From Sphagnum compactum (Eukaryota): a stretch of DNA of 64,000 bases. Below, one piece after another: positions 37,266 through 49,430 of this stretch. Within the stretch, counting starts at the first letter, position 1; every line of letters starts with the position of its first letter. Under the pieces are notes generated by a model. It searched no databases. It was not told the DNA's origin and saw nothing but the letters and a program-made list of their open reading frames with translations. The stretch spans positions 10,416,001 to 10,480,000 of the forward strand of contig OZ234494.1 in NCBI GenBank assembly GCA_965153455.1, given 5' to 3'. A program made the translations under genes and the position numbers.

Positions 37266-39309
37266 CTTACAACCATGAATCTCCACCAGCACACCATCGA
37301 TTGGCAGCCCATTTTGACTTAGTTGTGGATGAACCCCAGCTGAGTTGATGTCAGGTTCAAATGGTAACCTATCTTGTGAAGGATAGGTGCTATTGGAAGG
37401 TTGGTAAGTAGGGGAACAGGTGGTTACTAGGTAAGTAGATGGATGTAGATGGATTCATCCTTCATGGTGCACTGGTGGGTGCTGGTTCACTGTGGCCCTT
37501 AGATGGTAGGTAGTAAAAAACTGAAACTAAGCTAACCACAGTAGTAGTTAGTCATGGAACTGGAACCCAATGGGAAAATGTTTTCCTGTTCACCCAACAT
37601 CCATCTCAGATGATGAGCTGCCAAGTCTCAGTCTGTTGGATGAAAAAGTTGCATGGCCAACTTCAAAACTTTTGATATGGCTGCAATCCCCCTCTTCCAC
37701 CACACCAAAATAATTGTGGGTCTGGCTGGTTTGGGCAGTGTTTTTTTTATTTTAAATTCTATTTTGTGATGTAACAAAAGTGGCGATTGTCCAGAAGAAA
37801 ATTTAGTCAAATTTGGCTACAAACCAGATATGAAAGTAAGACATGGGAGGATCCTTTTGTATGCTTGGCTACCTAACTTCTCATAGAAGTATGGCAACTT
37901 GGAATTTCATTTCCTCAAGTTCTGATGAATTTGTGCCATTTCTTACATGAAAAACCTTTTTTTATAAGTCAAAACCATATTTTTCATTTTGGCAATTTGA
38001 TAATTTTTTCCCAAAAAGAAAATTCACTATTACATCTTTTAACCTGGGTATCAGTGCTGCAAACGCTTGTCTAGCTCAAGGACTTTGTGTGCCAAGGACA
38101 TATCCTCGGTCCCCTTCTTCGAGCCCTCATTCCTCGACATTTATGTGTTTCGTAAGTGCTGTCAAACTGGGAGATGATAATTTCAAACAATAAGGCCTTA
38201 AACCATTTGGGAAGTTTGTAATGGGTTTAGTCCCAACGTCTAGAAGTCGAGGTTAGCCTTAAGTTACGAGACAAGTCTGAGTGCCAAATTTCACCGATGC
38301 GTGGTTTGCCATGTGCATATAGTTTAGATGTTTAGCGAAATGTGTGAATGAAAGTGAGAACGCGAGTAATGTCAGTACAACAGAGCAAACTATTCCATCA
38401 TCTCACTGACAACATGCAACCACACCTCAATCAAAGACAGGAGTTGACCACCCCCACAAGCTTCTTTCAGAAAGGAGTTCATATTCTTGTGGTGATGTGA
38501 TATTGTTGAACTTGAAAATACAAGAACTTGAAAACAATTGTCAAGCAAGCGGGAAGGTTCCCCAAAGTTTAGAATTGCCCTTCAAGTACACACAATACCT
38601 GCAAACAGAGGGAAAGGAACAAGCAATACCCAAACATAGAATGATTTTGAACAAACCTACTGAAACCATGGAGTAGAAGTATGACCATCCATTATGGAGA
38701 ATTGATCCCAACTTCCAGCAATCATTTTGCATAATACAGGGCAAATAAATTGAGGCCAAGGACATCAAACCCCATTATTGCACATTTGAAAATACAATTG
38801 AAAATATTCTACTTGAATACAAAAAAAAAACTTTCTTGCTAAAATTTGGTTCACCTCTCCTATGTTGCTCACAAAACTCAAATTTCGAAATGCGCAAATG
38901 TTAGATATATAAATGTGAATATCTGTGGCCTACAACCATATCTTATAATTTGGGTTCACCATTTTTCATTTACCCCATGATTGAGCATCTCATTGCACAG
39001 AAGAACCCTATTATCATTACCATCATGCCCACCAGGACCCTACCATGGCACACTCATACCTAAGATACAAGTTAATCATATGTGGTTGGCAACCCGACAA
39101 CAGAAGAACCACATGATCAATTTTTATATATAAAACACATTTTGTTGCCTTTTTTTCCTTGTTAAAAAGGTAGAAAAAGGCAGCACAACTTACAAGCTTA
39201 TCAATAAGGTTTAATTGTTGGGCCATGAATTGCATTCACTCATCTCTACAAGCTTTGCCTTGCACTGGCCTTGTTAGTCCATGATACACACCAAAATGTT
39301 TAGAACTAA

Positions 39310-39715
39310 AATCAGACAAAACATCCAATAAAATTTGATGGTTGGAACCATCACATGGAAGACAAAAGGGAAGGCCAAAGAAAGGCCAACGGGATCAAAG
39401 CCCCCAGGAACCAAAGAAGGGAGAAAGCTAGTCCATCTTGTGGTAGGAAGCTATCTCACCCATAGCCTTTCTAATGTTGCCTACATGCAAATCTTAAAAT
39501 CTGAAAATAATAAGACTTTTAAAACAAACATTTCCCACCAAAGCAATCTTCCTCTGTACAGCAAAGGCTAAAGCATGCTAAAGAACAATATTAACACATT
39601 GCCTGAAAAATTGAATACAAAAAAACAACAATAAATGACCTCCTAATCGTATATTGTGAAAAAGATGAACACATTCTTTGATAAAATGATCCATATCATG
39701 CTCAAGTGCGCCATG
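39310..39715 (-). mobile_element. 3'-end fragment of a CRE-like (RLE) non-LTR retrotransposon
   Basis: Translation HGALEHDMDHFIKECVHLFH...FFRQCVNIVL*HALAFAVQRKIAL parallels FGCLHKHANAFLHDCA...FFRQRISIMLQRMQASSIL of the 59-62 kb element. Confidence 0.6.
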
Positions 39716-41789
39716 TGAATAATATTTAATGAAAAGTCAAAAGAATTAAAGTTGGATATGTTTTGACCAAGGTTGCCCAGTTTTAAAGTTTTTTTAAAGA
39801 ATCATTAAATTTTTATTCCTAAATTTTTTGTAAAAATAAAAAAATGATTTTATTTTTTTTTTAATTTTCAAAAAATATCAAAACCCATTGATTCCAAGTC
39901 CAAGATTTTTTTTTAAATCACCAGTTATTGATTCTAACAATTTTTAGTTTTGAATAGGACTCATCAATTTAAGTTTTGATCCAATTTTGGGTTTTAGGGT
40001 GTAAGGATGGTTTTGGTCACTAAAATTAATGGGTTTGCAATTATAACATGTAACATTCGAAGGTTGTCAAAATGCATAAATATTTGTTGAAGGTAAAAAT
40101 TGTGCGAAACTTAGAACATTTGCCCAAAAAATTTGGTTTTCAAGCAAAAATCCTTGAAGACCCTACCAAAAAGATGATCTACCCAAAATAAGAGTGTGCA
40201 TGCTCATTTTCCATAGCAACCCATTACCCATCATGTTCTTCCACAAGGAATACATTGTAAAAAACTACTATTGAACACCTTGGGTGCTAGAAAACCACAC
40301 AGAAAAATGCTCTTGCTGCTCCCATTATTGCTCCTCGTCTTAGTGCCATCCTTTTGCTCAGCTTTGCAAACCCATGAACGTTCCAAAAAAAAATGACAAC
40401 CTAGAACAGAAGGATATATATATATATGTATATATATAACATGGGTAGGTATTCAAAACATCTAAACAAAAAACCTATGGCATTGTGAAATCTATTACAC
40501 TCGATGCCAAAAAAACTCATTGCAAGCTTGCCACCATTGTTTTGTCACCTACCAACTTTGTAGTTTTCATGACTTTTGACCTTAGTCTTACATCACACCT
40601 TGGCAAATTGCACATCTATGCCTCTCAACTCTTAAGTTTTCCAAATTTGACTAACAGCAAGCTTTTGCATCAAGAAAAAGATGAACAAATAACAACAACA
40701 AAAAAAATGTCTTTAAGAAATGAAAGAGATGAAGATTGTAGAATGAAAAGAAAAAAGATCAAATAGCAAATCAAGAAAAAAGAAGTGGATGGACCTAAAT
40801 CCTAACCCCTACAACTTAGGGCATAAGCCTTATTTAACTTAGAATCTGAAAATAACCTACTTATTAACTACACGTCAAAACTAGAATTGACCAAGTTCCT
40901 GAACTCCCAAGAACTATTAGTTCAAGTTTTAATAATCAAAACCAACCATGGAACAACAATAGAACAATACTAATGTTAACATACCTTTTGACATTATAAT
41001 TACAAAATCAGGAACTAATGAGTATATTTCTTGATAATTAATGGATCCAAATGACTAAAAACTAGATATTAAGGACAAAATAAGGATTAGGGATGGAGGA
41101 CGTTAATCAACAATGGGTCCTTATAATAGACAATAATATATAGGTATATATATATATATTCCTTGATAGCCTAATTGCCCAATTATGATGTGTCCTACGA
41201 TGACTAAACACATCTTAATGTTGCTCAAACATAAATTTTGTTTTTTATTATACATGTTTTGGGCATGTAATGGGCATTAATGTTGTTTAATGTGGATTAC
41301 AAACTCAAAGTGTGCATAATAGCACCCAAACTTTTTGTATGGGCATCATCCATCTTTTTTTCAAAAGGATGGATTGGGCCAAGGGCAAACAAGAAGAAAA
41401 AGAAGCATATAATATTTTTGTATTCTTTGCAATAAAGACTCATTGTTGATTGAACATCCTTTGATTAAGGATCAGGCTAAAAGTTATTTGACTATCACAA
41501 GATGAAAAATGTCAACCTCACTTTGTATGGGATAATCCATTTGCATAAGCTTACCCCATTTTCAGATATATTCAATATGGGATATAATTTAAAGTTATTA
41601 AAGTTATGGTTAAATTAATCCTCACTTGGGCCTCATTGTGCCCACTCATCTTCCTTTTTGAGCCATTCATAAAGTCAATCAAAGTGGTATCACTCTTCAA
41701 AATTAAAGATGCACCTCTAAGTGGTCACCATAATTTTCATTATAAGCACATTATAGTGTACTTAGGTTACCACCACATAAATTAGGCGT

Positions 41790-42760
41790 CACTTAATGTA
41801 GGGGGCTAACTAATTTGAACCTACCAAAAGGCTACCTATGATCTACCTATGAAACTATTAAGGGAACTACCTATGTTAGAGGCTATTTAGGCCTATCTAT
41901 AAAGCTACCTAGGCACACTTAGAAACTACCTAGGCCTACCTAGGGCCTACTTAAGAGGTACCTAAAATAAAGGTTATCAAAAGTTTACATAGACGCTTAC
42001 AAAGGGACTACTTGGGACATTACATAGGTGTTACCTAGGGACCTACTTGAATTGTAAGATTCCTAAGGGCTACTTAAAAGGTTACATAAGGTCTACTTTA
42101 AAGACTATTAATCAGCCCTAAATAACCATAGGTAGCATTCTAAATAACTTTGAAATATCCCCTAACTTAAGAAATCTCTAGCTATCCCCATAGATAGACT
42201 CTAAGTCACATAACCCTAGGCAGGTCCCTAGGTGTCTCCCTAGATAATGCCTAGGTAGGCCCTATGTAACCTTTTAAGTAGCCCTTAGATATCACATAGC
42301 CTCAATAGGCCCCCAAGTGGCTTCCCAAGGTAGTCCTTATGTAACCTTCTTGATAGGAATTATGTAACCTTTTGATAGCCCCTAGGAGCCCCTTAGGTAG
42401 GTTTTATGTAGCCTCCTAAATACTCTTTAAGTATCCCATAGCCTAGGTAAACCTCTAGGTGTTGTTGCCATAGATAGTCCTTAAGTAACCCCATAGGTGG
42501 GCTCTATGTAAGCTTCTTAAGTAACCATGTAAAGTATCCCAAAACCTAGGTAGGCCCCTAAATATGACCTTAAATAGTCCCTACATAAATTTTTTGGAGC
42601 CTCCTAAGTAGTTCTTAAATATTCATAACTTAGGTAGACCCCTAGGTCTTTCCTAACCTAGTGCCTAGGTAGGCTTTGTGCAATTCCTTAAGTCCTCCTT
42701 GGGCATCCCAAAACTTGGCTAGGCTCATAAGTAGACATAGGCAAAACATAGGAAACATGA
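41790..42760. repeat. Foldback-like element made of degenerate cctaggtagg units in two opposing halves
   Basis: For example, ctaagggctacttaaaaggttacataaggtctac (42063-42096) is nearly the reverse complement of gtaggccctatgtaaccttttaagtagcccttag (42255-42288). Confidence 0.65.
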
Positions 42761-43098
42761 CAAAACTCAAATCTAACACAAATATGCTTCTAGGCCCTAG
42801 GTAGTAGTTAGTTAAGTAGGATAAGAGTAGATTACCTTTGTCTTGTACTAGTGACTTATTGTGTGATTAAGCTAAAACATCGAAACCATATCTAGCCAAC
42901 TCATGGTGCGAAGGGACTCATAGCACTTGTGTATATTAGCTTCCGCTACTCTGATTGCCAACCAAGTCTTTTCTATAAAACTTCTACAAGCCATGGGTAT
43001 TCCCTCATTCTAAGAGTTGAAATTCACATGGTATAATTATATCTCCCAAGTTCAAAGCAATGACTTTGGGGGTGATGTGAATTATTTGTGCTTAGCAT

Positions 43099-43294
43099 TT
43101 TTTTATTTTCTTTGTTTTTGGTCGGAGCACAAGGGCAGGCCCAACCAACAAGCCATTCGCGCCCCCAATCAAGCTCAGTCGCAAAGGGCTGTCGGGGCTT
43201 TCACTCGCACACTAGTGGGTTTGAACCCAGAACCTCTTTTGAGGTCCAGGGTTTGAGATGTGGGTCATAACCACTAAGTCATCACCCCTGGGGG
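43099..43294 (-). mobile_element. Intact tRNA-derived SINE with A-rich tail and 13-bp TSD
   Basis: On the minus strand: A-box TGACTTAGTGG, B-box GGTTCAAACCC and tail aaaaacaaagaaaataaaaaa. TSD ttgtgcttagcat at 43086-43098 and 43295-43307. Confidence 0.88.
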
Positions 43295-43899
43295 TTGTGC
43301 TTAGCATCTTTGATGATTTTAGCCCAAGCAGCAACTTTGCTTCACAAAATTTTGTCACTTAGTTCATGACAAACTACAAAGAATTTGTAGTTTGTTTGGA
43401 ACATGGATTCAGAAAACCTTAACTTTATTAAATAGATAAGTGCTTGGTATCAATTTAGCAGTCCTTCTATATTGGGAAAAAGAATGTAGGAGTTTGACAT
43501 ACATTGCTATCCCATAGCATAGAAAGAATGGGTGGTTCTTTTGTTGGGCGGGTATCACAATTTTATGATACCTGTCAAATCTGGGTTTCACAAAATAAGT
43601 TACTAGGGGTTCAGGTTTCACTTTTTTTTTTTTAAATTATATGTCAGGCAAGGGTATCAATATGTTTTTAAAACAATTTAAGTTGGGTCTCACAATGTTG
43701 GTTCTTGAAATTTTGAAAGCAACTGGGTATCCCTTGGTGGTTTTCACAAATCGAGCATTACTTCTTTTTTTTTCCAGAATATTTATTATTTTATTTATTT
43801 TATTCTTTTTTTAATAATGAAAAAAGACAAGCAATGTTACAAAAAAGTTCTTAAAAGTAAACAATTTTTTTTTTGGGAACTTTTACTCTTCAACAACTT

Positions 43900-45640
43900 C
43901 ATCCCTTTCAAACTCACCTTCAAACTCTTCTAAATCCTTTTCTAAATCTATATCCTTTCAAAGAATTCTATTAAGATAGATGGAAATTTACATCTTATTC
44001 TAGGATCATTAAGCCAATTCTTATTAACAAATATCAACTTTTCTAAATTTTCAATATGCGAATGACATGTTCTAAAGGTAGTAATATTCTAACCAAAGAA
44101 AAAATCCTTTCAATTTCAATTTGAAATCCAATAATGCCCAAAATTTGTTGGGTGAAAAATCCAACAGTAGGAAACATTGCTTCATATTTTTGCCACCATT
44201 GAAGAAGATATTTGATCTCCTTGACAAGGTGTCAGTTTGTTTGAGTGTCTCAAAAATATTGTCCTTCATAGTTTTTTGGGCAGTTTTTAGTACAAAATAC
44301 CACATAAGGCAATGTTAAATGTGTGATAATAAAAATGTAAAATTATAATCTTGTAGTATTGAATAAACACATCACAAAAATGTGAAAATATTTCCATGGA
44401 TATGAATATAAATGGTATTTTGGTGGTATTGTATAAACACCAAAATATCTGTCTTGTAGAGCAAATACCTCTTACACATGTAAAATTATTATAATATAAC
44501 CATTTGTATAAAAAAACTATAGTAAGTTGATATGTATATATAAGATGCATCTTTTGAATACCTTATTGGCCCAATTACATATATTAATGAACCCCTATAA
44601 TATTAAGAGTGTGTTAAAAATCAACAATTTGTTGTCCACGTAATAAAATACTTTGATTTTTGTGTGAATGGACAAAAATCACCTCTTAGTGTATTTAACA
44701 TGATCTATTTTAATGCCCTATTTATTTTTACATTTAAAATTAGTCCTCTTAAAGTTGTAGTCATATGGTTTACAAGTGGGTCCCAAACTTTCAAAATACC
44801 CATAAAATATGACTTCTTTTCACCAAATACCAAAAATTTCTATAGATTTGATCGCAAAATGGGTAAAAAATTGTTACAAGTCGTGTGGTTGGAATGTTTT
44901 AAGAGCTTGACACATAGAAATTCTACAAGTTGGAAATATAGGTGGGAAGGTTGGTGGAAATGTTTTAAATTGTTGTGGTATTTTAAAATACTAGAAGACT
45001 ACAATACCTTTATCATTTTTGAAACACTCGAACAAACCATGACCCAACATCCAATTGATATTTCTTAAAAATTAGTAACTCCTTTTTGACAAACTATTCT
45101 ATTGGTTCACTTGTGCTTGTAGTTTGTTTAAAAATATCCAAATTGCAATCTTGATCAAAAATATATTGGTTAACAAAATTTATATATGATCTTACCAAAA
45201 GATGCAAATGCTCATAACATTTTATCAACATAGGATATAAGGATTTTCTATCATATTTTTCAACAAGAGCAACACCTTACTCCATTTTAACAAATGAAGA
45301 TATTATACAAAGGCTCTTAAATTAGGGATTTAACATTAAAAAAAATCATATTATGGGCATTCTTATTGTCATATTTCCTTAAGAATGAAAGGAAAGAATC
45401 CAACACATTATTAACTCCCTTCTAATGTTACATGCCAACAAATCATCATCCATTAAGCTTTCAAATGAAATAACAACTTAATTTTTTTCCTTTAGTTTCA
45501 AATTCATGGAAATGGTAAGGTGTAAAGCATCAATAAGAAGTTAATGTCCACGAGATTGGTTAAGAACACAAGTAGAAATAATTGAAAAAAGACAATCCAC
45601 AATAATATGATAAATTTGCCAAATCAAAGGTGGAGGCACT
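43900..45640 (-). mobile_element. Decayed hAT transposase (C-terminal half), interrupted by about 0.8 kb of unrelated sequence
   Basis: Minus-strand AHNMI..LMLNP*FKSL at about 45330, and the dimerisation motif LLQWWQKYEAMFPTVGFFTQQILGIIGFQIEIERIF at about 44100-44210. Confidence 0.7.
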
Positions 45641-46149
45641 ATTTAATTTTTTTTTCATTATTTTAATTAGGAAGTGTTTTTTGGAATATTTTGTGGCTAA
45701 ATGGGAACTACAATAGGAAGGTAACTACAACATGAATGTAGTTCTTGAAAGTAACAACTCCAAGAACAAATGTAATTAGTTGGTGATGGCTTCTACATTA
45801 CAAAGATATTGTGAGGCGTCTAGAGGGTAGCCACCTTCTAGCCCCTCAAACCATTAGTTCGATTTCATCAAGGAATGATTTCAAGAGCATTTGTTTATTT
45901 TATAACTTAAAGGTAAGATCGCCTTCCATCAAGGTAATCCTTTTTTCAATAATTTTCCATGATTCTATTTATTTTCACTCGAAAACCCTCATCATGTCAT
46001 TACCCTAGCTATTGGGTCCATGGTTTTACATTCATTGTTTTACATGCATAGCCTCGTCATCTCAAAGTTTATATGTCTTTCCCTTATCACCTCATCATAT
46101 GGTGAACTTGACAATCTTAAGTCTCTTGATCATGGTTTTCAATCTCCAA

Positions 46150-49100
46150 CTCTTGAGCCTACATGAAAGAAATAGGAATTAAATCAAGTTTTCCAAGAGG
46201 TGTGGGTTGCAAAATTGCCTCGGGTTGAAGATGTTGTTGGTGTAATGGGAAGTTAAATATGGTTAATTGCAAAGTTTACAATGAGGTTGATTGTAGGGAA
46301 AATTTATTAATATTTAAGTTTGATAGTTTACAAAAGCATGTAGGTAGGCAAAAGTGTAAGAATGCATGCCCTAGATTTGATGTGGGCCAATATTTCATGT
46401 TTATTAATAGTTAGCATGCCAAGAATGATGGTTGCGAGTGAACAAGGGTCAAAATATTATTGTTGACATGGTGGATGTTTTTGGTAAAGTTATTGAGGAG
46501 AAAGACAAGTTCATTCAATTTGTTACCTTATTTTGGCTCTTAAAACTTGGTTAACTATTGATAGATTTTGAGAGCATGAATCGACTATTTGATATCTTGA
46601 AGGTGAAGAACATTCCACACAAACATGGGCAAATGGTTGAAAACATGTTTTACATGTCATAAAGTTTAACAAAGTTGTGCAAAAGGCTACTTAGGTACCT
46701 TGCTATCAATTGTGACGAGGGCATTACAATTGATAATTGGTTTTAGTGTAATGTGCACACATATATTGTCGATGGTTTTAAGAGGATGCCATTGTTGTTA
46801 AATCTTGAAAGAGTGATTGGTGGAGGTAATGCCAAAAACCTAACCCAATTGATTGTGAAGTCTTTGATGGAAATTGGGGTTGACAACTAGTAAATTGTTA
46901 ACAAGCTTATTTATTTTGGATCAGATGGGTTTGCAATGTTCATAGGCCTATAGATTAATGTTACTACTCAATTTAAATCTATAATTGCATTTTCTATGAT
47001 TGCAAGCATTGCATAGCACATTATATTAACTTAGTTATGTAAACTTTTTTTACTTAATCCTTGGTTGGTAAACTTGAAAGGTTATTGCAAACCACTTACA
47101 CATACTTTTCAATTTCATTAAAAAGGCACCATATTGAACACAACATTCTTGCTAAGTTGCTTGAAACCAAGGGTTTGAAATTACATTCATAATGTAAAGA
47201 CTATGTTGATGTTAACTAATGGTAATTTACCATCACATGGAAAAATAATCAAAAGATACTTTTAGAATGAAAATTTTAGTTGATAGTAGTATTTTTAATA
47301 CAATGAATTACCTTTAAGATGGATTAATCAGAAGGTAATTTTGGATCATAATTCCAATAATTTTTTTTGGTAATGGATAATTATTTTAGTCTAGCTAGCC
47401 AAGAAGGCCTCCTAGTAATTATTTGACTACTAGTGTTAGGTTCCTCTTACTGTCTCTTATTTATTATGGAATGAAGCCACTAGAATAGTTAGTTTTTAGA
47501 AGACAAGGTAGTTTGCCACTAACTAAGATATGTGAAGGAGATTAGAATAAGGTGAGGAAATCTAGGAGGATAAAGGAAACCCATGTGTGATGGGGAATCA
47601 CTTTTGGTTCCTTATTATCTCTTGAGTTCATCCCCTCATTCTCATATTCCTTATCATTATATAGTTCGTTCATTCGTTATCATTATTTGCATGTAATTCA
47701 AGGGAGATTGAAAGAAAGAAGTGTGAAATGAAAGAAGAAGATCTACTTGTGTGAAAATGAAATATAATGGATTTTGATTGAAGGTCACGTAATGTATTTT
47801 CTTTTGTGTTTTGCTTTGATTTCTTGAATGCAAAATAAAGTATTTAATATTAGTTTGATGTAGAATAATATAATTCTAATTGATCACATTTTCATTATTT
47901 ATTTAGGAAATTATTTGAAAAAATGTTTTGGGCAAGATGGTAGTTGCAACATGAAGGTAATAAATTAAGGCATTAGTTTTCACTTTAGTTAAACTTTTAT
48001 TCATTTCATTTCTTAAAACATACATATTGGAAAATAGTTGTTGGATGGTACTTGCAACAAGATGGTAGTTGTTATATGAAGGCAATTAATGAAAAGTAGT
48101 GGCAACAAACATGATGGCAATAGTTACAAATGTGAAGGCAACAAGTCCAAGATGAAGATTTGTTTCATTAAGGTATTAGCTTTTAGTTTTTTCATGTTTA
48201 TTATAGTTTTCATACACAAAACAAAGTCCTTTTAAACTTTTAGGTTGAAAAACAAGACCACTTTTTAGAAGGTAATGTTTTCATAGATGTGTTTTCATTC
48301 TTTTTATTTAGTTTTACCCAACAACCCTTTCTTCATGATAGTAATTAGGTTGCTAGTTTTGTGGTCTTACAATGGATCTCCATGTTGTCCCTTGTTAAAC
48401 AAATTTTTGATAAGTATAAAACTTTAGTGTTGAAGATGAATGATGACCTACATATATTCCCAATAACAAAGACCAACCTCCAATATATATGTGGCATTAA
48501 CGTGGTGATGGTGTTGACTCACATCATGCATTTATAAAGTTTGCACATGCTTGTGACACATTTGTAGATGATTTTGTAACAATTGTTAAAATGTCATGTT
48601 GTATTGAATAATACAACATGTATTCAAATTAGAAGAAAAAATATGGTGCAAAATAATTCAAAAAATTCTTGGCCTTGCACAAAAACATCAATGACCAATT
48701 GTTGAGTGTTTGGTTGATTGATCTTGCAACACATATCCAATTTGTGATTTTTTTACTTATAGGTAAACAATATTAACTACATAAGAAATGTCTATTTATT
48801 GGGATGCTCACCCAACTCTGCATGGTAATTGGACATCAACTTTTGAAGTTATCAAAGTTCAATGTTCACATGTTCACATGTTGCCATATGTTTATTTTAA
48901 TTAGAATGATGGTTCCCCAACATGAATTGAAGAATGCAATAAGCATCATCTATCCTCAATATTGTTTAATCCTCTTGCTGAAGAAATATTTTGGGGGCAA
49001 TTAGCCATATGAAAGGTTCAAATTTGTTTTGAAAAATTCATCAATTTAGTCACTAATTTGGTGAAAATCTTAGCCCTTTTCGATGAAAGGAAACTTGATC

Positions 49101-49430
49101 TTTGAGCTTCTTTAGATCACTATGTGGAGCAACCATTTTATTGCTTTGGAATCGCCATTGATGCGGAACCCTATCACTTAACTTTGGTTCTCACTAATAT
49201 CCAACAACCTCTTGTAACATCAATTATTTGAGTATTTTGTGTTGGCAAAGTTGTCTATAACTATGATTTTGGGCAGTTTAAAAGATGAACGTTGTTTTTT
49301 CATCACATCTTTCATGAAATCCAAGTCATGCAATCAACTAACTAGACATTTGGATTTAATTGTTAGGATGTTTACACATGATCATTACATTATTGATAGT
49401 TTTCCTATTGAAATGACAATAAGGTGAAGT
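46150..49430 (+). mobile_element. Decayed hAT-like (ZNF862-type) transposase split by a ~1.15-kb insertion (about 47205-48365)
   Basis: YLAINCDEGITIDN, LIYFGSDG, HCIAHYINL, LLETKGLK..NVKT | QWISMLS, and C-terminal LAKLSITMILGSLKDERCF..FMKSKSCNQLTRHLDL. Confidence 0.75.

Noticed and set aside
39020-39610. Apparent series of minus-strand exons of a host gene
   Set aside because: No consistent open frame, and the 39.3-39.7 kb part is explained as the 3' end of a CRE-like LINE.
43180-43294. Possible functional tRNA gene
   Set aside because: No proper cloverleaf or acceptor stem. The non-tRNA body, A-rich tail and TSD show it is a SINE.
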